From an uncultured Cytophagales bacterium (GTDB lineage Bacteria; Bacteroidota; Bacteroidia; Cytophagales; Bernardetiaceae): a stretch of 64,000 nt of DNA. Below are positions 41,601-49,050 of this stretch, piece by piece. Numbering within the stretch: position 1 is the stretch's first letter; each line of letters starts with the position of its first letter. Where the stretch lies: NCBI GenBank assembly GCA_963719525.1, contig CAVRCG010000004.1:861579-925578 (forward strand). Direction: 5' to 3'. The translations under genes were made by a program, and so were the position numbers. The notes beneath the pieces are model-generated. The model did not search any database and was not told the origin of the DNA. It saw only the letters and a list, made by a program, of their open reading frames with translations.

Positions 41601-44549
41601 ATTCAACCAAATACCTTAGCAGTAGGAACGTATAAAATATATGCAAAAGGATTTGCAACGGCTAATGGTTGTTCGGCTAATAGTGATACCATTACATTTA
41701 GAGTTCATCCTCTGCCAGTTGTTGATTTGGGAGTAGATAGAATAAAATGTAAAGACGACACTACTTATTTAGTTGTCCGAAATACAGGTTCTTTTATTTA
41801 TGATTGGAAACGAATTAAGACAGATAATACTGTCGTAAGTGTAGGAAATGGTAATGATTCGTTAGGAGTTTCTCTAGCAGGACGTTATTTTGTACTTGTT
41901 ACTAATTTGGCTACAGGTTGTAGTGATTCTAGTAATATTATCAAAATTGAGAATTATACGCCCGTTCTTAGAGTAAATCTAGGACCAGATGTAACCGTTT
42001 GTAGTCCTTCAACTGTTCCTCATAGATTGGTTGCTTCTGATATTGCACACCCACAAGGAACGCTTTATAAATGGTACAAAGAAAACAGTAATGCAGTAAT
42101 CGGAACAGATTCTGTTTATTCTGCAACAGCCGAAGGTATTTATAGAGTAACCGTAACCGACCCTAGAGGTTGTAAGGCAAAAGATACTATTCGTGTAAAC
42201 TTTACAGCAGACCCAGATTTCAGAATTACAGGACACGATAATTATGCATGTGGAGTTCAAGATACCTTGAAAATAGAAGCGACAAATCTTCGTAGAATGC
42301 TAATCAACTGGCAAGGCGCAGGAATTGTAAGTTTGAGCGATTCTAATCGTAGAGCAATCGTTAATGTAAGTGGAATTTATACCGTAACAGTTACAGACAC
42401 AAGTACGGTAGCAAGATGTTCGACTACAAAATCAGTAGAAGTATTTGTTCGTCCTAAGATTGCATTAGTTCTTCCAAATACAGGAACAGGCGATACAACA
42501 ACGATTTGTCAGGGAGATTCTTTAGTTTTGAATGCCTTTGACCCAATTCATAACGATAATTATCAATACCGTTGGAAATGGTTGGAAGCAAATCAAGTAA
42601 TTGCTACCACTTCGAAAGTCAAAATCACTTATAATACAACGCAGAGTTTTACTTCGCAGCGTTTTGAAGTAAAAGTAACTGACCCAAATGGAGAGTGTTT
42701 TTCTACTGATACCGTGAATGTTCGTTTTAGAAGAAAACCGATTGCAAGAATTACTGCAAGTGATTCAGTAATTTGTATTGGAGAAAGTATAGTTTTGCAA
42801 GGAGGAGAAAGTTTTGGAAATCGTTTTGAATGGATAAGACTTCCAGAAACAGCTTCTTTTGCAACAACTACAAACGTAACTGTTACACCAGATTCAGTTG
42901 GCGAAACAGTTTATATTTTGAAAGCCTATTTTGATTCTTCTACACCTTGTGGAGCAATCAATGATACCATCCGAATTCGTGTAAATCGTAAAGCTGTTGC
43001 AAATATAGAACAAGACGAAATTCGTTTGTGTGAAAACGAACAACTTGAAATTGATGGTTTCTTACCAGAAAATCCAGCTCTTACAAGATACGTTTGGACA
43101 CATGAAGAAAACAATTTAGTTCTTTCGACCGATTCTGTTTTGAATGTTTCATTTAGTGATATTCAACCGATTTCTTACGAACCTTTCCATATTGTCTTGA
43201 CAGTTTATGACTTGCTGACAGGTTGTGATTCTACCGATAGAGTTTTGGTTAAATTTAATCGTGCTTCCAAAATTACGATTGACTCTACTTATAGAAGAGC
43301 CGTTTGTTTAGGAGATTCTGTTAAACTAAGAGCAAGAGGAGCAACTTCTTATTCGTGGAGAAGATTAGGAGATACAACAAATACTGTTTTGGATAGTACA
43401 AGTCAGATTACTGTAAAACTAGATACCGTTGGTTTCCATACTTTTATTGTAACAGGTGGCTATTTGAATGAATGCCAAAACACAGGAGATACAGCTATTA
43501 TTTTTGTAAATCCGTTGCCAACAATTAGAGCGCATAGCGTGGACACAGTTAGTATTTGTGCTGAAGATTCAATTACGCTTACTCCTTCTGGTGGAAAAAG
43601 TTATGTATGGCTAAATGACCCAACTGCTTTTGAGACGATTAGGGTAAGTCCGAAAGTTCCGACAAATTATATCGTTTTGGGTACAGATTCAAATGGTTGT
43701 CAAGCGATTGATACGGTTCATGTCTATGTAACTCCTACTTTTGAGTTGCCAGAATTATTGCAAGTGTGTGAAAAAGAAATGGTAATGATTGGAGATTCTC
43801 TAAACTTTACTGATTCGTTGGCTAATACTCGTGTATCTTATTTCTGGAGAGAAACAGGCGATACAACTTCATTTATAACTGTTGGAGAATCTGGAACATA
43901 TACCGTAGAAGTAAGCATAGATGATTGTAATTTCACTAGAACAACAGAGGTACAAGTCAAAGAAAAGCCAAAATTAGAACTCGTTTCTGATACAACACTT
44001 TGTTTTGAATTGGGAGAAGAAGACCGTTTCCAACGAGGAGAAACACATATTTTGCGTTCTAAACTCTTGAATAAAGATTCTACAACTACTTATTTGTATG
44101 TTTGGACAGACTCAACAGGTCAGTTCTTAGGAAACAGAGATTCTTTAGAAATTGATGCAGGTGGGAATTATCGTCTTCGTGTTATTGCTCGTTACGATAC
44201 AGAGTGTGAAACAAGTGATAGTACTTTTGTAGTAGAACTTTGTCAGCCACGTTTTTATGTTCCTGAAGCATTTACACCGAACGATGATAATCTGAATGAT
44301 AACTTCGAAGTATTTGGTAAGCACATCAAAAACTTCGAGATGCAAATCTTTAATCGTTGGAGTGAAGTGATTTATGAGGTGAAAGCGAAAGATATGGAAG
44401 ACTTGCAACCTCAAGACTTCTGGGACGGAAAACACAAAAATAAAAATGTTCCGACGGGAGTTTATATTTGGATTATCCGTTATACCGATCCATTTAGTGG
44501 TTCTACCAAACAGGTTCAGAAAACAGGTTCGCTTATGATTGTTAGATAA
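35679..44549 (+). CDS. giant (2956 aa) cell-surface repeat protein with a gliding-motility-associated C-terminal domain (CHU_C / T9SS type B sorting domain)
   Basis: Signal peptide, dozens of about 100 aa Cys-containing Ig-like repeats, and a C-terminus ...YVPEAFTPNDDNLNDNFEVFG...IFNRWSEVIYEV...GVYIWIIRY... that matches the type B sorting domain. Confidence 0.85.
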   Translation: MNKYFYSFLAVLLTVLFCAFSWQNVYAQGDVCATATPFCTGVPTQYPAGFNPSGSVIAPRGPDYGCIGAERNPAWFYLQFDQIGTIELSIGRSPARDIDFAIWGPFAPGTTPSAACTTLNQGNIAPADCSYAGGTGIETPEVTATIPGQIFILMVTNFSNAQTDLTITQTGSSTGTTDCAIINDDCDVNLGADINLCQTDPRPTLDARRPSHNADTRYQWFVDGVSQGAASTTSTLAVQPHVPSLTPHIYKVIVTSIGTGSTGCNENEDEINVVIKPTPAINRTVFPNDSTLCSSAGAAVRIVASQPNISYQLLRNGTPFGGLVAGNGNVIQLPLTGIPAGVSTIQVQARYTTAPTCTVVLTEQAELTILGNIQVNLGLDKAVCENVSVPLDGSDASQPANATFQWQRSTDGGTTYTDIPLATNPTYTASETLVTPNTPFEVFYRLKVIIPASVCTYSDEIKITFEPFPLTDRTIEVDSLCVTGQGNIRIVNPQAGARYSYQLRENNAGVVGAAIGTAQFSATGNPIILTTPTITTTTKYFVEVKNTLAEAPCLVLLSTEPEVIIHPLPTAEFSEGEDLCQGETTELTVTMTGTQPFTITYQKDADPDVIITGINSNTYSFFTDEPGIYTIIRIQDAFCENLNNPIDGLVNVNPIPTFTLGNDTTLCDSQAPLVLRAKTPVDFENPTYVWLRDGVELIGETGETLTTTESSVGLAATTYEYTLEVTNNEALDVTNCFSSDDILVTFTPNPSSVITFAGSTFTNTGGLLQFCDTLGTQTLNGLMPDHASFANLAYQWKDLGTNTVVGTNSTLPVSNFGATTTYELLVTDGGTNPLCSNTASVTVQFITNPVATISHNGTVVPAGGSLDFCFDEGVQVLNGVDASHATIANVKYQWNNLTTGTSLGTTPQINVSNPTNTFSSVDYQLIVSDESNTVFCDRMATMTINFYPNPEAVISFNGTPTTSVEFCDSDGAKVLSGVTPDHAGFPSITYEWKNVATNAVVGNDPTLTVNNFSATTNYILTVGNGITPLCGRTATATVQYNANPVAEISHNGTAVPNGGNLNFCFDEGAQTLNGVHPSHTGLTVTYQWTDITNGTVLGTTPQIPVSNPTNSFASIDYQLIVKDESNTVFCERTATMTVNFYPNPEAVISFNGTPTTSVEFCDSDGAKVLSGVTPDHAGFPSITYEWKNVATNAVVGTSPTFTVDNFSATTTYVLTTSNGITPLCGRTATVTVKYNANPVAEISHNGTAVPNGGSLNFCFDEGAQTLNGVHPSHTGLTVTYQWTDITNGTSLGNNPQIDISNPTNTFASIDYELIVRDESNAVFCERTATMTVNFYPNPEAEISVNGNVQTGNTIEFCDSEGVQTLDGTIPNLVDVPTVTYQWTDLTTNTVVGTVATLDVDNFGQTTTYELLVSDNLPTSCERTAQITIKFVENPIAEISHDGTAIPDGGNIDFCFDEGAQTLNGVHLSHAGRTIQYEWFDVTAGVSLGNTPQISVSSPSNTPNSIEYALQVTDLDNVAICESATTITVNFLENPVAEIQFNGTPAPATLAFCDSEGARTLEGALPSHAAFGSVSYEWTQVGVGVVSNISTLVTPASNFSASATYELKVISNDNPNLCSRTDQVVIEFFPSPDTNISFEGATVTELGFCTSEGAKTVSAPASPFYTYQWYRGTLANPLQTALGTIRTQSVDNFATQGGDTNSAIYTVVVTDTRATCPAQSFVKVDYYAEPEIDAATLVVTALPATHCVTGTSTISVRNAEQGVEYQLTRAGVPVASSTQTPNVDLSTITFPVTESTTLTTGVSRFEYGIIATRIGAFGRRCTQTLADTATLLVYPAPTATVAGTATVCANEPTNVTFTITGNFPATLVYQVTDTFNVARTETQIVGAVGSSSPQTFVINTNRNSYRPLSITDRYCSGTVTATEAVVTTVHPPIVTWVEYDTAFCINEAATFKVRGGISQRYYINGLPVSTQNPYIIQPNTLAVGTYKIYAKGFATANGCSANSDTITFRVHPLPVVDLGVDRIKCKDDTTYLVVRNTGSFIYDWKRIKTDNTVVSVGNGNDSLGVSLAGRYFVLVTNLATGCSDSSNIIKIENYTPVLRVNLGPDVTVCSPSTVPHRLVASDIAHPQGTLYKWYKENSNAVIGTDSVYSATAEGIYRVTVTDPRGCKAKDTIRVNFTADPDFRITGHDNYACGVQDTLKIEATNLRRMLINWQGAGIVSLSDSNRRAIVNVSGIYTVTVTDTSTVARCSTTKSVEVFVRPKIALVLPNTGTGDTTTICQGDSLVLNAFDPIHNDNYQYRWKWLEANQVIATTSKVKITYNTTQSFTSQRFEVKVTDPNGECFSTDTVNVRFRRKPIARITASDSVICIGESIVLQGGESFGNRFEWIRLPETASFATTTNVTVTPDSVGETVYILKAYFDSSTPCGAINDTIRIRVNRKAVANIEQDEIRLCENEQLEIDGFLPENPALTRYVWTHEENNLVLSTDSVLNVSFSDIQPISYEPFHIVLTVYDLLTGCDSTDRVLVKFNRASKITIDSTYRRAVCLGDSVKLRARGATSYSWRRLGDTTNTVLDSTSQITVKLDTVGFHTFIVTGGYLNECQNTGDTAIIFVNPLPTIRAHSVDTVSICAEDSITLTPSGGKSYVWLNDPTAFETIRVSPKVPTNYIVLGTDSNGCQAIDTVHVYVTPTFELPELLQVCEKEMVMIGDSLNFTDSLANTRVSYFWRETGDTTSFITVGESGTYTVEVSIDDCNFTRTTEVQVKEKPKLELVSDTTLCFELGEEDRFQRGETHILRSKLLNKDSTTTYLYVWTDSTGQFLGNRDSLEIDAGGNYRLRVIARYDTECETSDSTFVVELCQPRFYVPEAFTPNDDNLNDNFEVFGKHIKNFEMQIFNRWSEVIYEVKAKDMEDLQPQDFWDGKHKNKNVPTGVYIWIIRYTDPFSGSTKQVQKTGSLMIVR
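38220..40560 (+). repeat. intragenic tandem repeat array of 585 bp (195 aa) units, four copies, the first two nearly identical over 165 bp or more
   Basis: Exact repeat of TTTTATCC(T/A)AATCCAGAAGCAGTAATTAGTTTCAATGGAACGCCTACAACTTCGGTAGAGTTTTGTGATTCGGACGGAGC... at 38511 and 39096 (offset 585). Protein units begin NPVA(T/E)ISHNGT. Confidence 0.8.
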
Positions 44550-44708
44550 ACGTTTCATAAATTAGAGCTAATCAAAAAGCCTATTCAGTCATAAAGATTG
44601 GATAGGCTTTTTTTTGTATCTTCGTTAAAAATAAAAGGATAAAAGTTGAGAGAATAAACTTGAAACGTTAAGAAATGAATATGTCTAAAAAAGTAAAAAA
44701 TTTGACTT

Positions 44709-44975
44709 AGTGATAATTTGATTTGTAATTGCAGTTACTTCTAAAATCTAAAATCTAAATTAGTTTCTCTTGTGTGCCTTTGTGTTCCTTAATTTGCCTT
44801 AGTGGTAATTTGATTTGTAATTGCAGTTACTTCTAAAATCTAAAATCTAAATTGGTTTTTCTTGTGTGCCTTTGTGTTCCTTAATTTGCCTTAGTGGTAA
44901 TTTGTAATTGTAATTTCATTTGTAATTGAAATTACTTCTAACTTCTAACTTCTAACTTCTGAATTCTAAATTTAT
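44709..44975. repeat. intergenic tandem repeat of about 92 bp, 2.5 copies, ending in an ACTTCTA microsatellite
   Basis: Copies at 44709-44800 and 44801-44893, with a diverged partial third copy to about 44975 ((ACTTCTA)x4). Related ACTTCTGA/TTCTAA-rich motifs occur at 16340-16393 and 18693-18760. Confidence 0.75.
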
Positions 44976-45427
44976 TATTGGCAGTTTATACAATCTTCTA
45001 CTGTTGTTTCGTGAGGATTTTTGTCTATTTTTCCCCATACAACACGCTCCCAAGCACGTTCGTGAAAATAATAGAGAGCTAATTTAGTAATTACTTCAAA
45101 GGCTGCAATTTGAGAAGCTGCAAAAGGTTTTCCTGTAAAAAAGAAAGCAATCATAAATGTATCTAGTGTTCCAAAAACTCTCCAACTGACACCTTTTATA
45201 AAACTTTTTCCGTGAGAAATAAATTTATTATTACTTAGCTTAATGCTATTCCAAACTCTCTCGTGCAGAAAATAAAGAATTGTCTTAGTAAAAACCTCTC
45301 CCAAACCTATTTTTAGTGCGTTCTCAAAATGTCCTGTAACAAGCCAAGCTAAAAGAATAGTATCTATGGTAGCAAATATTCGCCAACTAATCCCTTTTAT
45401 GATGCTTCTATATATCGTTTCTTTCAA
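44975..45427 (-). CDS. DUF2061-type small membrane protein (two tandem repeats of the domain)
   Basis: 150 aa with the internal duplication IKGISWRIFATIDTILLAWLVTG / IKGVSWRVFGTLDTFMIAFFFTG. Confidence 0.55.
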   Translation of the reverse strand: MKETIYRSIIKGISWRIFATIDTILLAWLVTGHFENALKIGLGEVFTKTILYFLHERVWNSIKLSNNKFISHGKSFIKGVSWRVFGTLDTFMIAFFFTGKPFAASQIAAFEVITKLALYYFHERAWERVVWGKIDKNPHETTVEDCINCQ

Positions 45428-45699
45428 AATCTTTTTTTATTTTAGTAAGAACCTTATTTGATAAACTATCCTCTTAATAAAAATTAATAGTAAAGCTATC
45501 ACTACATTACTTAACGAACTTTGAATGAGAGTGTTTCGTTTGCACATTGTTTTATTTATACCAGCTTTGACATTAAAAAAGAACATTCCATAAATTCCCT
45601 TAAAAATCATTCAAAATTAATCTATTTTTAGCTAAACTAATTATTTTTTCGTTAGATTATTTACCTACAAAATTCATCTAGAAATTAAATTAATATACT

Positions 45700-46335
45700 A
45701 TGGTTGTTTCAGTTTCTTTAGCTATTTTAGTTATCACAATTATTATCAGTGTTTTGGGATTTAATAATCCAGAACTACAAGGAAAATTAATACATAATCC
45801 TTTTCTAGCAAACAAAAATAAAGAATATTATCGTCTTCTTACGTCTGGATTTATTCATAACGGTTGGTCGCATTTGGGTTTTAATATGCTTACTTTCTTC
45901 TTTTTTGGAGGAGTTGTAGAACAGGTTTACATCAAAAATTATGGTTTTGGTTTGGGTTCTGTTATCTTTTTGGGTGTTTATTTGGTTGCCATTATTATTT
46001 CCGATTTGCCTTCTTTTTTTAAGTACAAAGATATGCCTGCGTATAGTTCATTAGGAGCTTCTGGTGGGGTTTCGGCTATCGTTTTTGCTTCTATTTTGTT
46101 TCAGCCTACCAATGATTTGTTTTTATTATTAATTCCGATTCCAATTCCTGCTTTCGTTTTAGGAGCTTTGTATGTCATTTATTCTTATTATCAAAGCAAA
46201 AACTCAACGGATAACATCAATCATTCGGCTCACTTGTACGGTGCTGTGGCTGGTTTTGTGATTAGTGCGATACTTGTTCCGAGTGCAGTTTCCGATTTCT
46301 TTATTCAGCTTTCTAAGTATCGTTTGCCTTTTTAA
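45700..46335 (+). CDS. rhomboid family intramembrane serine protease
   Basis: 211 aa polytopic protein with the catalytic GASGGV (Gly-x-Ser-Gly) and downstream His (HSAHLYGAVAG) motifs. Confidence 0.8.
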   Translation: MVVSVSLAILVITIIISVLGFNNPELQGKLIHNPFLANKNKEYYRLLTSGFIHNGWSHLGFNMLTFFFFGGVVEQVYIKNYGFGLGSVIFLGVYLVAIIISDLPSFFKYKDMPAYSSLGASGGVSAIVFASILFQPTNDLFLLLIPIPIPAFVLGALYVIYSYYQSKNSTDNINHSAHLYGAVAGFVISAILVPSAVSDFFIQLSKYRLPF

Positions 46336-46341
46336 TCTATA

Positions 46342-46866
46342 TCAAAAATAGTCTTGATTTGTTGAGTTGGAATAAACTATAAATTGTTCTCTAAACTCTT
46401 TCAATTCTTCTTTTTTATAAACTCCACGAACGTAATACATAACAGGAATCATGACAGACGAAAATACAGCAGCAGACCCAATTCCCATAAATATTTCTTT
46501 CCACTTAATTTGCCAAAAATAATGACTACCGTCGTATGCTTGCTGGTAGTTGATAGTTGAGTTTAATAATGTAAATAATAGTGAAAGTAGAAATATAAGT
46601 ATCAAAAACTTACCAAACTTGTTAAGTTTTGTGTTGAGAACTATCTTTTTTTGTCCTTCTTTTTCTACTATTTTTCCAACAATAGTTGTATAAAAAACTC
46701 CTTGTCTATTGCTACGTTTCCAAATAGCAAAACCATTGCTATCCACGCTACCTGAATACGCATAATCTTGTTCAATAAGAGTTAGAAAATGATTCCAAAT
46801 AGTAGCTTTACGCTTATGTTTTAGGTCGTTTTCTAAGTTGGATAAAGTTTTTCCTAAGTCTGTCAT
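46342..46866 (-). CDS. hypothetical membrane protein (174 aa) inside the AT-rich insert
   Basis: Complete ORF with two hydrophobic helices. No recognised domain. Confidence 0.4.
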   Translation of the reverse strand: MTDLGKTLSNLENDLKHKRKATIWNHFLTLIEQDYAYSGSVDSNGFAIWKRSNRQGVFYTTIVGKIVEKEGQKKIVLNTKLNKFGKFLILIFLLSLLFTLLNSTINYQQAYDGSHYFWQIKWKEIFMGIGSAAVFSSVMIPVMYYVRGVYKKEELKEFREQFIVYSNSTNQDYF

Positions 46867-46927
46867 ATTTTGAATATAAGTTTTTTCGTTCTTTGTTAAT
46901 TACGTTTTATCAACAATAAATGTTATT

Positions 46928-47215
46928 ATGCTAGATTTTTATGTAATAGAAGAACATCAAACTACACCAAAATCGCCAAAAGGTTTAGCATTTGTGAAAG
47001 GTCTGGAATCAGATATAGTTGGAAGATTAAAGCAGAAAAACATAATTCCAAATCAATACGATTATTATTCAGACTTTAGATGGAGTTTGGAAATTATAGA
47101 ACGGTTAATTTTGAAGTTAGATGAAAATACTACTGATACTGACCAACTTATTCTGTATGATTTACTTTTTAAAGCTACATCGCAAAAGATGGGTTTGATC
47201 GCTTTTTGTGATTGA
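46928..47215 (+). CDS. hypothetical protein (95 aa) inside the AT-rich insert
   Basis: Complete ORF. No recognised domain. Confidence 0.3.
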   Translation: MLDFYVIEEHQTTPKSPKGLAFVKGLESDIVGRLKQKNIIPNQYDYYSDFRWSLEIIERLILKLDENTTDTDQLILYDLLFKATSQKMGLIAFCD

Positions 47216-47418
47216 TTAATTATTATTTCATCAAATTAAGTGGAAGTCGTTTTATAAATTATTTGGGCATTATTCTTCCTAACTCTACGATTTATTTACA
47301 CGTAACATTACCTGTATATATTCATTTCATAACAAAACCCTTCTTTATTAAAAATAAATGTTATTCTGCCAGTTTCATATTCAATAAAGATAGTATTACT
47401 CGTTTTCAAGCAGTTACT

Positions 47419-47463
47419 AATTTCTTTATTCAGCTCTCCAAATATCGTTTGCCGTTTAAATAA
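47419..47463 (+). repeat. duplicated 3' end of the rhomboid gene (direct repeat of 46294-46335), candidate att-type site
   Basis: AATTTCTTTATTCAGCTCTCCAAATATCGTTTGCCGTTTAAATAA against GATTTCTTTATTCAGCTTTCTAAGTATCGTTTGCCTTTTTAA. Both encode FFIQLSKYRLPF with only synonymous differences. Confidence 0.6.
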
Positions 47464-47594
47464 ACGTTATCACGGTTATTTATAGATCTAATAATCAATT
47501 AGTTGTAGAAAAGCAAAACAGTCTTATTTTTCCATAGCGATAGGTTTGCAAGCTATGGAAAAATGAACAGTACTAAATTAACTGTGATAACGTT
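47463..47594. mobile_element. MITE, copy 2, inverse orientation relative to copy 1
   Basis: Terminal inverted repeats AACGTTATCACGGTT (47463-47477) and AACTGTGATAACGTT (47580-47594). The internal sequence is about 88% identical to 8862-8961, including the TTTTCCATAG...CTATGGAAAA hairpin. Confidence 0.5.
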
Positions 47595-47734
47595 TAATAA
47601 AAATAAATTAATTTTTCTTCTCTTTTGTTTAACATAAGAAGCAAAATCTAGTTATAGAATTTACTAAGTTAGATTTTATCTTTTTAGTAAACTCACATTT
47701 TTTAAACTCTACTTTTTTATCTTCTAACTTTATC

Positions 47735-48868
47735 ATGAACGAAAATCTACAATTCACTAAACTCCCCTTTTCCATAAAGACAGCATTTTACATTGTTGCT
47801 TTCTTAGTACTTTTCGTTTTTACAATCATAGAAGCAAAAGGGCTTTTAATCCCTTTTACCTACTCGGTTTTACTCTCATTTATTTTGTATCCAATGTGCA
47901 AATTTTTTGAAGATAAAGGCGTACCTCGTGTGTTGAGTATTCTAATTTGTTTTTTAATAGTTGTGACTGGTCTTTTCGGTTTGTTTTACTTTTTTTCTAC
48001 GCAGGTAGTTAGTATTATAAGTGAATTTGACGATTTTAGAGGAAAATTATTAGGATTGGTTCATCAAGGAATAGAAAAATATAATCATATCGTTCCAAAC
48101 TCAAAACTAGACGATGAGAGTTTGCTCAATCAAGCCAAAAAATGGCTTTCTAGTTCGGGAAGTTCGTTTCTTTCAGGCACACTTAATCAAACGAGTAACT
48201 TTTTTTCAGGATTGATACTTGTTCCGATTTATGTTTTTTTATTACTGCTTTATAGAACTGGAATAAGAAAAGTATTGATGCGTTTTGTACATCATGATTA
48301 TCGTGTTGCTTTTACGCATTTGATGGAAGATATTCAACAAGTAGGACAAAAATATATTGGAGGATTACTTACTATTATTTTTATAATTGGTCTCTTGGAT
48401 AGTATTGCTCTCTGGATTATTGGTATTGATTCTCCTTTCTTTTTTGGTTTTTTAGCTGCTTGTTTGGCTGTCATTCCTTATATCGGAACAGGAATTGGTG
48501 CGCTTTTACCTGCTTTATACGCACTCATGAACTATAGCCCAACAACGGCTTTGTATGTTTTGATTGCTTTTTGGGCAGTTCAATTTTTAGAAGGTAATTT
48601 TCTTACTCCAAAAATTATTGGTGGAGAAGTAAGTCTAAACCCTCTAGCTGCAATTTTGTCCTTAGTAGCTGGTGGATTTGTTTGGGGAGTATCTGGAATG
48701 GTATTGTTTATTCCTCTAGCTGCTATTTTGAAAATAGTTTGTCAGAATTATGAACAATTAGAACCTATTTCTGGACTTATGGGAGATGAAATTACACAAG
48801 GAAATGAAATTGTAACAGGAAAAAAACATGAACCAAAAAAGCCGTTTTGGAAAAAATTATTTAATTAG
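47735..48868 (+). CDS. AI-2E family transporter (PerM / UPF0118)
   Basis: 377 aa with 7-8 TM helices and conserved AI-2E C-terminal region (IIGGEVSLNPLAAILSLVAGG...FIPLAAI). Confidence 0.75.
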   Translation: MNENLQFTKLPFSIKTAFYIVAFLVLFVFTIIEAKGLLIPFTYSVLLSFILYPMCKFFEDKGVPRVLSILICFLIVVTGLFGLFYFFSTQVVSIISEFDDFRGKLLGLVHQGIEKYNHIVPNSKLDDESLLNQAKKWLSSSGSSFLSGTLNQTSNFFSGLILVPIYVFLLLLYRTGIRKVLMRFVHHDYRVAFTHLMEDIQQVGQKYIGGLLTIIFIIGLLDSIALWIIGIDSPFFFGFLAACLAVIPYIGTGIGALLPALYALMNYSPTTALYVLIAFWAVQFLEGNFLTPKIIGGEVSLNPLAAILSLVAGGFVWGVSGMVLFIPLAAILKIVCQNYEQLEPISGLMGDEITQGNEIVTGKKHEPKKPFWKKLFN

Positions 48869-49050
48869 AAGTTGATAGAGTATTCGAATCGCTTTTTGTT
48901 TATTTTACCTTCCCTGAGAACTCTGTTGTTTTCAAAGACGAGTAAAATAAATGGTTGTTGGAGCGATCTTGTGGAGAAGATAAAAAATCTTTGGTAAGAA
49001 ATCAACAATGGATAGTTTTTGTCATTAGAATACCCTTAAGACACAAAACC

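Noticed and set aside
35712-44558. Numerous 60-140 aa Cys/Arg-rich minus-strand ORFs inside the giant gene (for example 36408-36722, 39051-39470, 44145-44558)
   Set aside because: They are antisense frame shadows of a highly repetitive coding sequence, with no starts in sensible context and low-complexity composition.
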